Shown here piece after piece: positions 40,743-49,887 of a DNA stretch of 64,000 nucleotides; position 1 is the stretch's first letter; each line of letters begins with the position of its first letter. A model generated the notes under the pieces. That model was not told where the DNA came from, did no database searches, and saw only the letters and a program-made list of their open reading frames with translations. This DNA comes from Bacteroidota bacterium (GTDB lineage Bacteria; Bacteroidota; Rhodothermia; JANXDC01), in the NCBI GenBank assembly GCA_025998875.1, contig AP024675.1:1273549-1337548 (forward strand), read 5' to 3'. The translations under genes were made by a program, and so were the position numbers.

Positions 40743-41374
40743 TCCGTCTGCTGAGCACAGGCGTGCTCCTGTTCGCACTGACCTGTTCCGTTCATGGACA
40801 GATTCGCTCCCTCTATGGCGATGTGCGGGCCTATCGGGTGGGTGATGTGATCACCGTCATCCTGCTTGAGTCGGCCCAGGCGCAACGGGAGTCCCGGTGG
40901 GCTAACGCCTCCGAGGCCTCCTCCGAAGGAGGGGCCGTCCTGCAGGGAGGGGTACTCCCGGGTAGCCCCTCAATCGGGCTGAACACCAGCGCCAAAAACG
41001 CGGCAAGTAACCAGAATCAGTCCGTCCAGCGGGATCTGCTGCGGGCCACCCTGAGCGCGCGTGTTGTGGGCACAGATGAGGGGGGGAATCTGCTCATCGA
41101 GGGCCAGCGCACCGTGGAGATCAATGGAGAGCGGCATCTGATGCGCATTCGCGGCGTGGTGCGCCCCTTCGATGTGCGGGCCGACAATACGGTGCTGTCC
41201 ACCCAGATCGCCGATGCGCAGATCACATATCGTCGCGATGGGCTGTTGCATCGGTTTGCGCGTCCGGGGTTCTGGACGCGTCTGCTGGCCGCGGCGCTGA
41301 GCGGTGTGGTGCTGTACGCGGCGGTAGGAAAACTGCTCAAGAGCGCAACCCCGAAAACCTCCACGACGCAATAG
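40724..41374 (+). CDS. flgH: Flagellar L-ring protein FlgH
   Basis: Lipoprotein-like signal; SLYGDVRAYRVGDVITVILLE motif. Confidence 0.8.
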   Translation: MEAYPVVRLLSTGVLLFALTCSVHGQIRSLYGDVRAYRVGDVITVILLESAQAQRESRWANASEASSEGGAVLQGGVLPGSPSIGLNTSAKNAASNQNQSVQRDLLRATLSARVVGTDEGGNLLIEGQRTVEINGERHLMRIRGVVRPFDVRADNTVLSTQIADAQITYRRDGLLHRFARPGFWTRLLAAALSGVVLYAAVGKLLKSATPKTSTTQ

Positions 41375-41378
41375 GGCT

Positions 41379-42551
41379 ATGCAGATCCTCTTGACCGCGT
41401 TCGTTGCCGCAGACGGCCTCCGGGCGCGCATGCGCGCAGGCCTTCTGCTGTCCGTCCTGCTCCGGGCGCTTATGTCCGGGGACCTGCAGGCCCAGAGCCG
41501 GATCAAGGATGTGGCCACGCTGCAGGGTGTGGCGCCGGTCGAGGTCATCGGCTACGGCCTGGTTACAGGTCTGGATCGTACGGGAGATCGGACCCTGTCC
41601 CGGAGGGGTGGGCAGTTTACGGTGCAGGCCGTGGCGAACATGCTCCGGCACTTCGGGATCACGGTCGACCCGGCGCTGCTGAATACGCGCAATGTGGCGG
41701 CCGTGATGGTCACCGCCGAGATCAGCCCGCTCTATGGCAAGGGAAGCCGGGTGGATGTGACGGTTTCCTCCCTGGGAGATGCGACCAGCCTCTACGGTGG
41801 GGTGCTGCTACTTACACCCCTGATCAATCCCGCCGACGGGGAGGTGTATGTGACCGCCCAGGGCCCTCTGGTGGTGGGGGGTATGCAGGCTGAGGCGGCC
41901 GCGGGGGCCTTTTTCTCCCGCTCCGGGCGCAATCACGCCCTCACGGCTCGGGTCATCGGAGGCGGCGTGGTGCAGAAGGAGCTGCCGAGGACCTTGCAGC
42001 CCGGTCAGCCCATTACGCTGTTGCTCAAGGAGCCGGACTTCACCACGGCGCATCGGATCGCGGAGGCCATCAATGGCGCCGCTCTGGGCGCTCAGGCCCG
42101 CGTGCTTCACGGGGGAGCGGTGGAAGTGAGCATCTCGTCTGAAAAAGACTGGTTTGCCACCCTGGCCGCCATCGAGGCCCTGCCCGTGGAGGTCGATGTG
42201 CCCGCTCGTGTGGTGATCAACGAGCGCACGGGCACGGTCGTGGCCGGAGGAGAGGTGCGTATCGGACCGGCTATGGTGGCACACGGCAATATCCGGATCC
42301 AGACGCAGGTCAGTCCGGCCGTATCCCAGCCGGCTCCGTTTTCCCCTCAGGGACAGACGACCGTGGTGCCCGTTCCGGAGAGCCAGATTCAGGAGGAGGG
42401 CGGACGGCTTTTTGTCCTTCAGCCCAACACCACCGTGGCCGATCTGGCCGCTGCGCTCAACGCCGTCGGGGTGTCGCCTCGCGATATCGTGGCCATCTTT
42501 CAAGCTCTGGCCCGGGCCGGCGCCCTGCGGGCCGAAATCGTAGTGCTGTGA
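41379..42551 (+). CDS. flgI: Flagellar P-ring protein FlgI
   Basis: RIKDVATLQGV N-terminal motif; size ~370 aa. Confidence 0.85.
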   Translation: MQILLTAFVAADGLRARMRAGLLLSVLLRALMSGDLQAQSRIKDVATLQGVAPVEVIGYGLVTGLDRTGDRTLSRRGGQFTVQAVANMLRHFGITVDPALLNTRNVAAVMVTAEISPLYGKGSRVDVTVSSLGDATSLYGGVLLLTPLINPADGEVYVTAQGPLVVGGMQAEAAAGAFFSRSGRNHALTARVIGGGVVQKELPRTLQPGQPITLLLKEPDFTTAHRIAEAINGAALGAQARVLHGGAVEVSISSEKDWFATLAAIEALPVEVDVPARVVINERTGTVVAGGEVRIGPAMVAHGNIRIQTQVSPAVSQPAPFSPQGQTTVVPVPESQIQEEGGRLFVLQPNTTVADLAAALNAVGVSPRDIVAIFQALARAGALRAEIVVL

Positions 42552-42859
42552 GCTTTATGCGTCCTGAAACGGTGACGATAATACATCCGAGGCAAGATCC
42601 CGCTGCGTTTCCGGGGGATCGGGCCCGGTTGCAACAGGCCGCGCGCTCCTTTGAGGCGCTCTTCGTGCGCGAGGTCGTGCGCGTGCTGATGCGCGAGTTA
42701 CTCGCTAGCGGAGGTCCTGAGGTGCGCATGGTACAGGATCAATGGCTCGATGTGCTGAGCCAACAGCTTCTGCAACAACATCGCACCGGCATTGCGGAGG
42801 CCGTGCTGCGGCGATGGGCCTCCGGGCACGGTTCCGTTTCCGAGGAGATCCAACCGTGA
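42548..42859 (+). CDS. Rod-binding protein (FlgJ N-terminal domain only, no muramidase domain)
   Basis: ARSFEALFVREVVRVLMRE resembles the FlgJ N-domain FEAMFLQMMLKSMR; 103 aa. Confidence 0.6.
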   Translation: MSFMRPETVTIIHPRQDPAAFPGDRARLQQAARSFEALFVREVVRVLMRELLASGGPEVRMVQDQWLDVLSQQLLQQHRTGIAEAVLRRWASGHGSVSEEIQP

Positions 42860-43374
42860 ATCCCTCCTTCCAGGCCATAGAGATCGCCTCCTGGGAACAT
42901 CTGCTGGGGCTCCTGCGGCAGGAGTGCGCCCAGCTGGAGATTCTAAAGACGACGCTGGAAGAACAACTGGAGGCGTTGCGCCGAATCGACCTGGAGGCGC
43001 TGGATCGCTGTGTGGAGGCGGAAAACGCCGTGCTGTTCCTGTTGCATCGCATCGAGCGCCAACGGCGAGAGCTGTTGCGCCACATGGGGACGATGCTGGG
43101 GCTGGAGACGGAAGAGATCTCCTGCGAGTGGTTGCTGGAGGGCGCCCCGGAGCGCTTCGGCAATCAGCTCCGGTCTCACCTGCTGAAGCGGCGTATGTTG
43201 CTGGAAGGCGTGCTGGCATGTCAGGTCCGCGTGCAGAAGGTGCTCGAATATGCCCAGCAGCTGCTGCGGGATCGGTATCGGGAGATCGCCCCTCCGGGGG
43301 CTGTAATCGCCTACGATCGCACCGGATCGCGGGCCGGAGCCGTGGAGGCAAGCTGGATCGATCAGACCGCATAA
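42856..43374 (+). CDS. FlgN-like flagellar chaperone
   Basis: GTG start overlapping upstream stop; helical Leu/Glu/Arg-rich 172-aa protein immediately upstream of flgK. Confidence 0.45.
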   Translation: MNPSFQAIEIASWEHLLGLLRQECAQLEILKTTLEEQLEALRRIDLEALDRCVEAENAVLFLLHRIERQRRELLRHMGTMLGLETEEISCEWLLEGAPERFGNQLRSHLLKRRMLLEGVLACQVRVQKVLEYAQQLLRDRYREIAPPGAVIAYDRTGSRAGAVEASWIDQTA

Positions 43375-43378
43375 CGCG

Positions 43379-44755
43379 ATGGCCGGGATCAACAACCTCT
43401 TCGAGCTCAGCAAACGCGCGCTGCTGGCCTACCAGGGTGCGATGAACACGGTGGGCCACAACGTGGCCAACGCGCAAACCCCGGGCTACTCGCGCCAGCG
43501 TGTGGATCTGCGCCAGAGCGGGGTACAGGAGGGGCGCTGGTATCTGGGTCTGGGTGTGCGTCTGGAGGGCGTCGAACGGTTGCGGGATCGGTTTCTGGAG
43601 ACCCAGATCCTGGAGCAGACGGCGCGCTGGGGGCGCTTTTCGCGGGAGCGCGCGCTACTGGAGCGCCTGGAAGGGCTGTTCTTGCCACGCACCGAGGGGG
43701 GGCTGGAGGCGGCTTTCGAGCGCTTCTGGAACGCCTGGAACGACCTGGCCGCTCAGCCCGACAGCCTGGCCGTTCGAGGCGAGGTGCGCGAGGCCGCGCG
43801 CGCCCTGGTCCACCTCTTCCACAGCCAGGATCGCTATCTGCAAACGCTCGGGGAGCAGGCGCTCCAAGAAGCCCGACAGAAGGTCGATCGCGTCAATGAG
43901 CTCCTCGGGCAGATCGCCCGGATAAACCAGCAGGAGCATACCAACCGCCTGCAGGGAGTGGTGGATAACACCTTGCTCGATGAGCGGGATCGGCTGGTGC
44001 GGGAGCTGGCCGGATTGGTGGAGCTCACCGCCCAGACCGACCCCCGAACGGGTATGCTCGTGCTCTTCAGCGGGGGGCTCGCCCTCGTTCAGGGAGAAAA
44101 GGCCGAGACCCTGGAATTCGATGCCGACCCCGCAAGGGCGACCTTCTCGCTTCGGCTACGGAATGCGCAGGTGGCCTTCCGTCCCGCCCACGGGGAGCTG
44201 GGGGGGCTTAGGGAATTCCTGCAGGATACCCTTCCCGAACTGCGGGCCCGGTTGGATACCCTGGCCGGAGAGCTTGTTGCGGCGGTAAACACCCTGCATA
44301 TGGGCGGGTTTACTCTGGATGGACAGACCGGGATCGCCTTCTTTGACCCCTCCGGCACCACTGCGGCCACCATCGAGCTGGACTCAGCCGTACAGGGGGA
44401 TGTTAGCCGCATCGCGGCCGCTGACAGGCCCGATGAGCCGGGCAATAACGCCGTAGCGCGTGCCATAGCCGGTCTGCGGCTACAGCGGTGGCTTGACTCT
44501 GGGCTGGCCACACCGGGGGAGTTTCTCTCCTCCCTTTATGGTCTGGTCGGCTCCCGAAGCCAGCAGGCCCGCGCCCGGGCGGATGCGCAGCAGGCCATTC
44601 TGGATCATCTGCAGACACTGGGTGAGGCTATCTCCGGAGTGTCGCTCGATGAGGAAATGACCCACCTGATCCGCTTCCAGCAGGCCTATGGAGCCGCAGC
44701 GCGGGTGTTGCAAACGGTACAAGAGATGGTAGAGACGCTGTTGAGCCTGAAGTAG
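43379..44755 (+). CDS. flgK: Flagellar hook-associated protein 1 (FlgK)
   Basis: N-terminal rod/hook family motif; C-terminal conserved helix; 458 aa. Confidence 0.8.
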   Translation: MAGINNLFELSKRALLAYQGAMNTVGHNVANAQTPGYSRQRVDLRQSGVQEGRWYLGLGVRLEGVERLRDRFLETQILEQTARWGRFSRERALLERLEGLFLPRTEGGLEAAFERFWNAWNDLAAQPDSLAVRGEVREAARALVHLFHSQDRYLQTLGEQALQEARQKVDRVNELLGQIARINQQEHTNRLQGVVDNTLLDERDRLVRELAGLVELTAQTDPRTGMLVLFSGGLALVQGEKAETLEFDADPARATFSLRLRNAQVAFRPAHGELGGLREFLQDTLPELRARLDTLAGELVAAVNTLHMGGFTLDGQTGIAFFDPSGTTAATIELDSAVQGDVSRIAAADRPDEPGNNAVARAIAGLRLQRWLDSGLATPGEFLSSLYGLVGSRSQQARARADAQQAILDHLQTLGEAISGVSLDEEMTHLIRFQQAYGAAARVLQTVQEMVETLLSLK

Positions 44756-44765
44756 GAGCTCTCCC

Positions 44766-45656
44766 ATGCGCATCACCCAGGGCATATGGCATCGAGAGGC
44801 GCTTCGGCATCTGGAGCGTCTTCAGGAAGCGCTTCATGAGGTGCAGACCCGCATTGGAACAGGATACCGCATCAACCGGCCCTCCGATGATCCGGCCGCG
44901 CTCGTTATGGCCCGGCGACTGGCCCAGGAGCGCGCGTTGCGGGAAGGATACCTGCGACACATCGATTTTGCCCGCGGCTTTACCGAGGCCACCGCCGGAG
45001 CGCTGGATCGTATGCTCAACCAGCTGGCCGAGTTGAGCGAGCTGGCCACGCGCGGGGCCAGCGATGGGCTCGGCCCCGAAGAGCGCCGCTCCCTGGCCGC
45101 CCAAGCGCGCGCGCTCCTGCAGGAGCTGGTTTCCGAGCTCAACGGCCAGCACGCCGGCTGGTATCTGTTCTCCGGAACCCGGATTCATACGCAACCCTTC
45201 CTCGATGGAGGGGGAACGTATCTCTACCAGGGCAACGGAGAGGAATTGCTCCGGGATGTGGGCCCGGGAGTGACCGTTCCCCTGGGCCTTCCGGGAAACC
45301 GCATTCACGATCTGGGAGGTGGACAGACCCTGACGGGCGTAGCTCTGGGCCTTGTCGCCGCGCTCCAGTCCGGAGATCGGGCCGCCATTCAGGGGAGCAT
45401 AGGGGAGTTGGCGCGGGCCCAGGAGCATGTGCGCGCCCTGGCGGTGGAGATGGGCGCCCGGCTGAGGTGGCTCGATAGTCTGCAGGAGCGCCACCTGAGC
45501 GACATCGAACAGCTGGAGGCGCTGCGCTCCCGCCTGGAGGATACCGATTACGCGCGCGCTGCCTCGGAGCTCGAGCGGGTGCAGACCGTTTATACGGCCA
45601 CGGCGAAAGTGATCAGCTGGCGTTTGCCCCAGAGTCTGGTCGATTACCTGCGATAA
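44766..45656 (+). CDS. flgL: Flagellar hook-associated protein 3 (FlgL)
   Basis: Flagellin-like N-terminus (RPSDDPAA) and flagellin-like C-terminal helix; follows flgK. Confidence 0.75.
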   Translation: MRITQGIWHREALRHLERLQEALHEVQTRIGTGYRINRPSDDPAALVMARRLAQERALREGYLRHIDFARGFTEATAGALDRMLNQLAELSELATRGASDGLGPEERRSLAAQARALLQELVSELNGQHAGWYLFSGTRIHTQPFLDGGGTYLYQGNGEELLRDVGPGVTVPLGLPGNRIHDLGGGQTLTGVALGLVAALQSGDRAAIQGSIGELARAQEHVRALAVEMGARLRWLDSLQERHLSDIEQLEALRSRLEDTDYARAASELERVQTVYTATAKVISWRLPQSLVDYLR

Positions 45657-45666
45657 GGAGTTTGCT

Positions 45667-46278
45667 ATGACGCGTCCGGAAGAGTTACACACAGCCATCG
45701 CGCTGCTGGAGGCTGAGCACTACCAGGAGGCGCTTCCGCTCTGGAAAGCGGCTCTGGAACGCGATCCGCATGATCCGGTCGCCCTGTGGGGGTGCGGGAT
45801 CTGTCTGGAGCAGCTGGGCCAACTCCAGGAAGCGGTCCGCGTCTACGAGGCCCTGCTCGGGTCTGAAGCGCTGGAGGCCCGGTTTCGGGTCGCTATCCTC
45901 AACAACCTGGGCCTGTGCTACTTCCGTCTGGGCCGCTATGAAGAGGCCCGCTCCTGTTTCGCCTCCGCTCTGCCGGAGGATCCGTCGGCCTGTTCGGGTC
46001 GCCATCTGGCCATGACGCTGATCGAACTGGGAGCCTATACCGAAGGGGTGGATCAACTGGTGCGCACGCTGCGCCACCATCCCCAGGATGTGCCGGCCCT
46101 GCTGCTGCTGGCCGGATATCTGGAGGAGGTGGGGGCTTTCGACCGGGCGGCTACCTACTACGAGTGGGCCCGGGACGTGATCAGGGCAAACAGTCCTGAG
46201 CATCCGGATCTGCGGTTTATCGAGGCGCGCATCGAAGGCCTGGCCATCCACAGGCAGAGCACAGGGGAGCGGACATGA
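45667..46278 (+). CDS. TPR-repeat protein
   Basis: Repeated Ala/Leu/Tyr-rich 34-residue helical pattern. Confidence 0.6.
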   Translation: MTRPEELHTAIALLEAEHYQEALPLWKAALERDPHDPVALWGCGICLEQLGQLQEAVRVYEALLGSEALEARFRVAILNNLGLCYFRLGRYEEARSCFASALPEDPSACSGRHLAMTLIELGAYTEGVDQLVRTLRHHPQDVPALLLLAGYLEEVGAFDRAATYYEWARDVIRANSPEHPDLRFIEARIEGLAIHRQSTGERT

Positions 46279-47648
46279 AGCCGCGCATCAGCCTGGCCAT
46301 GATTACGCGCAACGAAGAAAAAAACCTGCCCGAGGCGCTCCGTTCCGTCCAGGGCGTGGTCGATGAGGTGGTGATCGTGGATACAGGCTCAACGGATGGG
46401 ACGATCCGCATCGCGCGCGCCTGGGGTGCTCGGGTCCTTTCCGTACCCTGGGAGGAGGATTTCGCGCGGGCCCGAAACGCGGCGCTGCCCCACATCCGCG
46501 GCGACTGGTTGCTGTGGATGGATGCCGATGAGCGGCTGGTCCCCGAAAGCCGGCCGTTTTTTGATCTGTTGCCGGAGCAGGCAGATCCTCCGATCGGATT
46601 CCGGGTATACCTGCGCAACTGGACCGAGGACCGGCGCTCCTTTGATCTCTCCTGGGCGATGCGGCTGGTACGCCTCTTTCCGGGCCTTGCCTTCACGGGT
46701 CGCGTGCACGAACAGCTCTCCAGCGCCCTGGCCCGACACGGGGGTGTGGTGCTCGACAGTCCGGTAGTGCTCGATCACTTCGGCTACGGGCTTTCCGCAG
46801 AACAGATGCGGCTCAAGTTGGAGCGCAACTATCGGCTCCTGGCGCAGCAGATCAAAGAAGAGCCTCACAACGCCTATGCGCACCTGACCATGGGGCTCAA
46901 CCGCCTGAGCGCCGGAGATTTCGGGGCGGCTGTACGCCATTTTCGCCTGGCGCTTCGGCTTCGCCAGGGTCTGGATTCGATGCTCCTGCTAGCCGCGCAC
47001 AACGGACTGGCCCGGGCGTATCTGGAGCAGGGAGAACTGGAGCAGGCCTACCGGTGGGCACGCCGTTCCTTGCGTTTGGAGAAAAGCCAGGCCTGTCCCT
47101 ATTTGGTTCTGGGAGATATCTATCGGCGCCGGGGACAGCGCAAGCGGGCCTATGCGGTCCTGCAGAGCGCCCTGCAGTATGGTCCAGAGCGCTCCCGGGC
47201 TGCCTATGACATAAATCCCCATCGACCGGCGCTGTACGAGACGATCCTCGGGCTGGCCCTGGAGCTGGGCCGATACGAAGAGGCGCGCCTTTTTCTGGAG
47301 CGGCTGTGGGTGCTCAAGCCGGAGCGGGCGATCGCCGAGTGGCGCTATCGCATGGCCGTCGCATGCGGTGCGCCCGCACAGCAGGTGCTGGAGGCCTACG
47401 AAGCCCTGCTTGGCTTTCTAGAGAGGGAGGCAGAAGCCGATGCCCCCCTGCACCTGCTGTTAGCGGAAGGGCGGCTGGCAGAGGCCGCGGGGGGTTACGA
47501 AATGGCGCTATGCCGGTTTCCAAATGCTCCGCTCCTGCTGCGTCGTCTAGCCGGGGTTCGAGTCAAGCTGGGCGATCTGCGTGGGGCACATGCTTTGCTG
47601 AGCGAGGGTTTGCCGGTTGCCGGAGCAATCAAGGAGGTCCGTGCATGA
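46275..47648 (+). CDS. Family-2 glycosyltransferase with C-terminal TPR domain
   Basis: GT2 N-terminus SLAMITRNEEKNLPEAL...VVDEVVIVDTGSTDGT, DxD-like WMDADE; C-terminal TPR repeats; ATGA coupling to both neighbours. Confidence 0.75.
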   Translation: MKPRISLAMITRNEEKNLPEALRSVQGVVDEVVIVDTGSTDGTIRIARAWGARVLSVPWEEDFARARNAALPHIRGDWLLWMDADERLVPESRPFFDLLPEQADPPIGFRVYLRNWTEDRRSFDLSWAMRLVRLFPGLAFTGRVHEQLSSALARHGGVVLDSPVVLDHFGYGLSAEQMRLKLERNYRLLAQQIKEEPHNAYAHLTMGLNRLSAGDFGAAVRHFRLALRLRQGLDSMLLLAAHNGLARAYLEQGELEQAYRWARRSLRLEKSQACPYLVLGDIYRRRGQRKRAYAVLQSALQYGPERSRAAYDINPHRPALYETILGLALELGRYEEARLFLERLWVLKPERAIAEWRYRMAVACGAPAQQVLEAYEALLGFLEREAEADAPLHLLLAEGRLAEAAGGYEMALCRFPNAPLLLRRLAGVRVKLGDLRGAHALLSEGLPVAGAIKEVRA

Positions 47649-48130
47649 ACACGGCCGAAGTTTCCATCCCCTTTGCCAGCCGCGAAGCCTTTCTGGGCCT
47701 GGACCGGCGTCAGCAGGCCACCGAAGAGCTGGTGGAACTGGTGGCCTTTTCCGTCTCGGGCCAACCCCTGGCCGTTCCCATGGAGAACGTTCAGGAGGTG
47801 ATCTCCTGGCGCGAGGTCACGCGCGTGCCGCTGGCGCCGTCGTACTATCGGGGCGTGATCAACCTGCGCGGCACGATCGTGCCCGTGCTGGATACGGCCC
47901 TTCGGCTGGGTCTGCCGGGGGGTCGGGTGGAGCAGCTGGTCGTTCTGCAGACGAGCCGGGGGCTGGTGGCGTTGACCATAGACGAGACGCGGGATGTGTT
48001 GCGCGTGCCCCCCGAGGCGCTCGAGTACGATGTGGAAAGGGCAACCTATACGGATGGCCGTTTCTTTCAGGCTGTCTGCCGGTCAGGTGAGCACCTGTAC
48101 CTTGTCCTAAACGGGGAGGCGCTGCTGTAG
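47645..48130 (+). CDS. cheW: Chemotaxis coupling protein CheW
   Basis: 161-aa CheW-like domain (VAFSVSGQPLAVPMENVQEV); start ATG 47645 overlaps upstream stop. Confidence 0.8.
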   Translation: MNTAEVSIPFASREAFLGLDRRQQATEELVELVAFSVSGQPLAVPMENVQEVISWREVTRVPLAPSYYRGVINLRGTIVPVLDTALRLGLPGGRVEQLVVLQTSRGLVALTIDETRDVLRVPPEALEYDVERATYTDGRFFQAVCRSGEHLYLVLNGEALL

Positions 48131-49033
48131 ATGCCCGGCATGGAACCCGATATCACGGCACAGAGGGTGCGCTGGGAGGGGTTTTCTATACCTCCCCTGT
48201 CGGCCACGTTCGCCGATATGGTGCGCCTGATGAACCAGCCCGAGCTGATCGAGGTCCGGCGCGTGGTGGAGATCATCGGCCGCGATCCGGCTGTGACGGC
48301 CCGCATTTTACGCATCGTAAACTCCGCCTATTACGGGCTCCGGGCCAGAGTGGGTACGGTCGAGCACGCCGTGGTGCTTCTGGGGGCGGAAGCCACCGTG
48401 GGGTTTGTTATCGGCATGGGCATAATCAACATGCGGCGGCATTTCCATCCAACGATGCGCCATCTGGTTCTGCACCTCATTCGGCATCTGGTTGCCACAG
48501 GCGCCCTGGCCGGGCAGATCGCCCAGCTCGCCCACCTTGCCACCGCCCAGGGCAGGGGACTGGAGTTTACCGCCGGGCTCCTGCACGATCTGGGCAAGAT
48601 CGTGCTCCTGTACAACGTCCCGGACAGGTATCAAACCCTTTGCGGCGCCTCCCGACAGGAGGCCTGTGCGGAGGAGGAGAGCGCCTTCGGGCTCAATCAC
48701 GCCGAGCTGGGGGCGCTTCTGGCCGAGCAGTGGGCCTTTCCGGAAGCGCTCGTCGAGGCCATTCGCTGGCATCACTGCCCTGAAGAGGCCCCCCCAGCGT
48801 ATCGGCCTATCGCCCAGGTGGTCCACCTTGCCGATACGGCCGCCTACCGAATGGGACTGGGGTTTCATGCCGGAGAGGAGGCGATTGCGGACAGTGAGCT
48901 TGCCAAAAGGTGGGAAAAAGCCTGTGGCCCGAACGTGCCAGCCTTCGAGGAACTATTCCGGCATTTGGAATCTGGAAAGCCCCAGTTGCACCAGTTCGTC
49001 GATACCTTGCTCGGATCGGATAGGGAACCGTGA
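48131..49033 (+). CDS. HDOD-domain signalling protein
   Basis: HD-related output domain pattern (ILRIVNSAYYGL..., HDLGKIVL, HAELGALLAEQW). Confidence 0.7.
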   Translation: MPGMEPDITAQRVRWEGFSIPPLSATFADMVRLMNQPELIEVRRVVEIIGRDPAVTARILRIVNSAYYGLRARVGTVEHAVVLLGAEATVGFVIGMGIINMRRHFHPTMRHLVLHLIRHLVATGALAGQIAQLAHLATAQGRGLEFTAGLLHDLGKIVLLYNVPDRYQTLCGASRQEACAEEESAFGLNHAELGALLAEQWAFPEALVEAIRWHHCPEEAPPAYRPIAQVVHLADTAAYRMGLGFHAGEEAIADSELAKRWEKACGPNVPAFEELFRHLESGKPQLHQFVDTLLGSDREP

Positions 49034-49887
49034 GTATACTGCCGGAGCCGTATTTCACTGAACTCAGCCACCTGCTGCAGCAGGCCACGGGGATATACTT
49101 CGATGCAAGCAAAAAGTACTTCCTCGAGGCCCGTGTACAGCTGCGCATGCGCACGCTGGGTATTGCCTCCCTGGAGGAATACGTGCGCTATCTGCGGCAG
49201 GGGGCGCATCGTGCCCAGGAACTCAAGCAGCTCCAGGAGCTCGTGGCCGTACATGAGACCTACTTTTTCCGCCACCCCCAGCAGATGGACCTGCTCCGCC
49301 AGGAGGTCTTTCCCCGCTGGGGAGAGCGGATACGGAGGCCGGGCGCCCGGGTGCGGATCTGGTCCAGTGGGTGTTCGAGCGGGGAGGAGCCGTATTCGAT
49401 CGCGATCCTTCTTGTGGAGCATTTCGGCTACGAGCTTGTGCGGGACCGTTTTGAGCTCCTGGCCACCGATCTGAGCGAGGCGATTCTGCACAAGGCTCGT
49501 CGGGCTATTTACGGTCCGGCTTCCTTTCGGGGGCATATGCCCGAGGCGTATCTGGGCCGTTACTTCCGGACCCACAGACAGGGCCGGGCGCTGTGCGAGG
49601 AAATCCGATCCCTTGTGCGCTTCCAGACGCTCAATCTGAAAGATTCCCTATGGCCCATCGGCGCCGGATGGGATCTGATTCTGTGCCGGAACGTGCTGAT
49701 CTACTTCGACGCCCCAACCAAGCAGCACATACTTCGGCGGTTTTTCGAATTGCTGTTGCCGGGTGGGTATCTGGCTCTTGGAGAGTCGGAATCCCTTTAT
49801 GGCTACACGGACGACTTTCGGGTTATCTCCGGGAAAGGAGCCATGCTGTACCAGAGACCGCAGGCCACGGGAGGGGAGCAGAGATGA
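49030..49887 (+). CDS. cheR: Chemotaxis protein methyltransferase CheR
   Basis: SAM-dependent CheR motifs (RIWSSGCSSGEEPYSIAILL, CRNVLIYFD); GTG start overlapping upstream stop. Confidence 0.85.
   Translation: MSILPEPYFTELSHLLQQATGIYFDASKKYFLEARVQLRMRTLGIASLEEYVRYLRQGAHRAQELKQLQELVAVHETYFFRHPQQMDLLRQEVFPRWGERIRRPGARVRIWSSGCSSGEEPYSIAILLVEHFGYELVRDRFELLATDLSEAILHKARRAIYGPASFRGHMPEAYLGRYFRTHRQGRALCEEIRSLVRFQTLNLKDSLWPIGAGWDLILCRNVLIYFDAPTKQHILRRFFELLLPGGYLALGESESLYGYTDDFRVISGKGAMLYQRPQATGGEQR

Noticed and set aside
44628-45698. 356-aa minus-strand ORF
   Set aside because: Antisense to flgL
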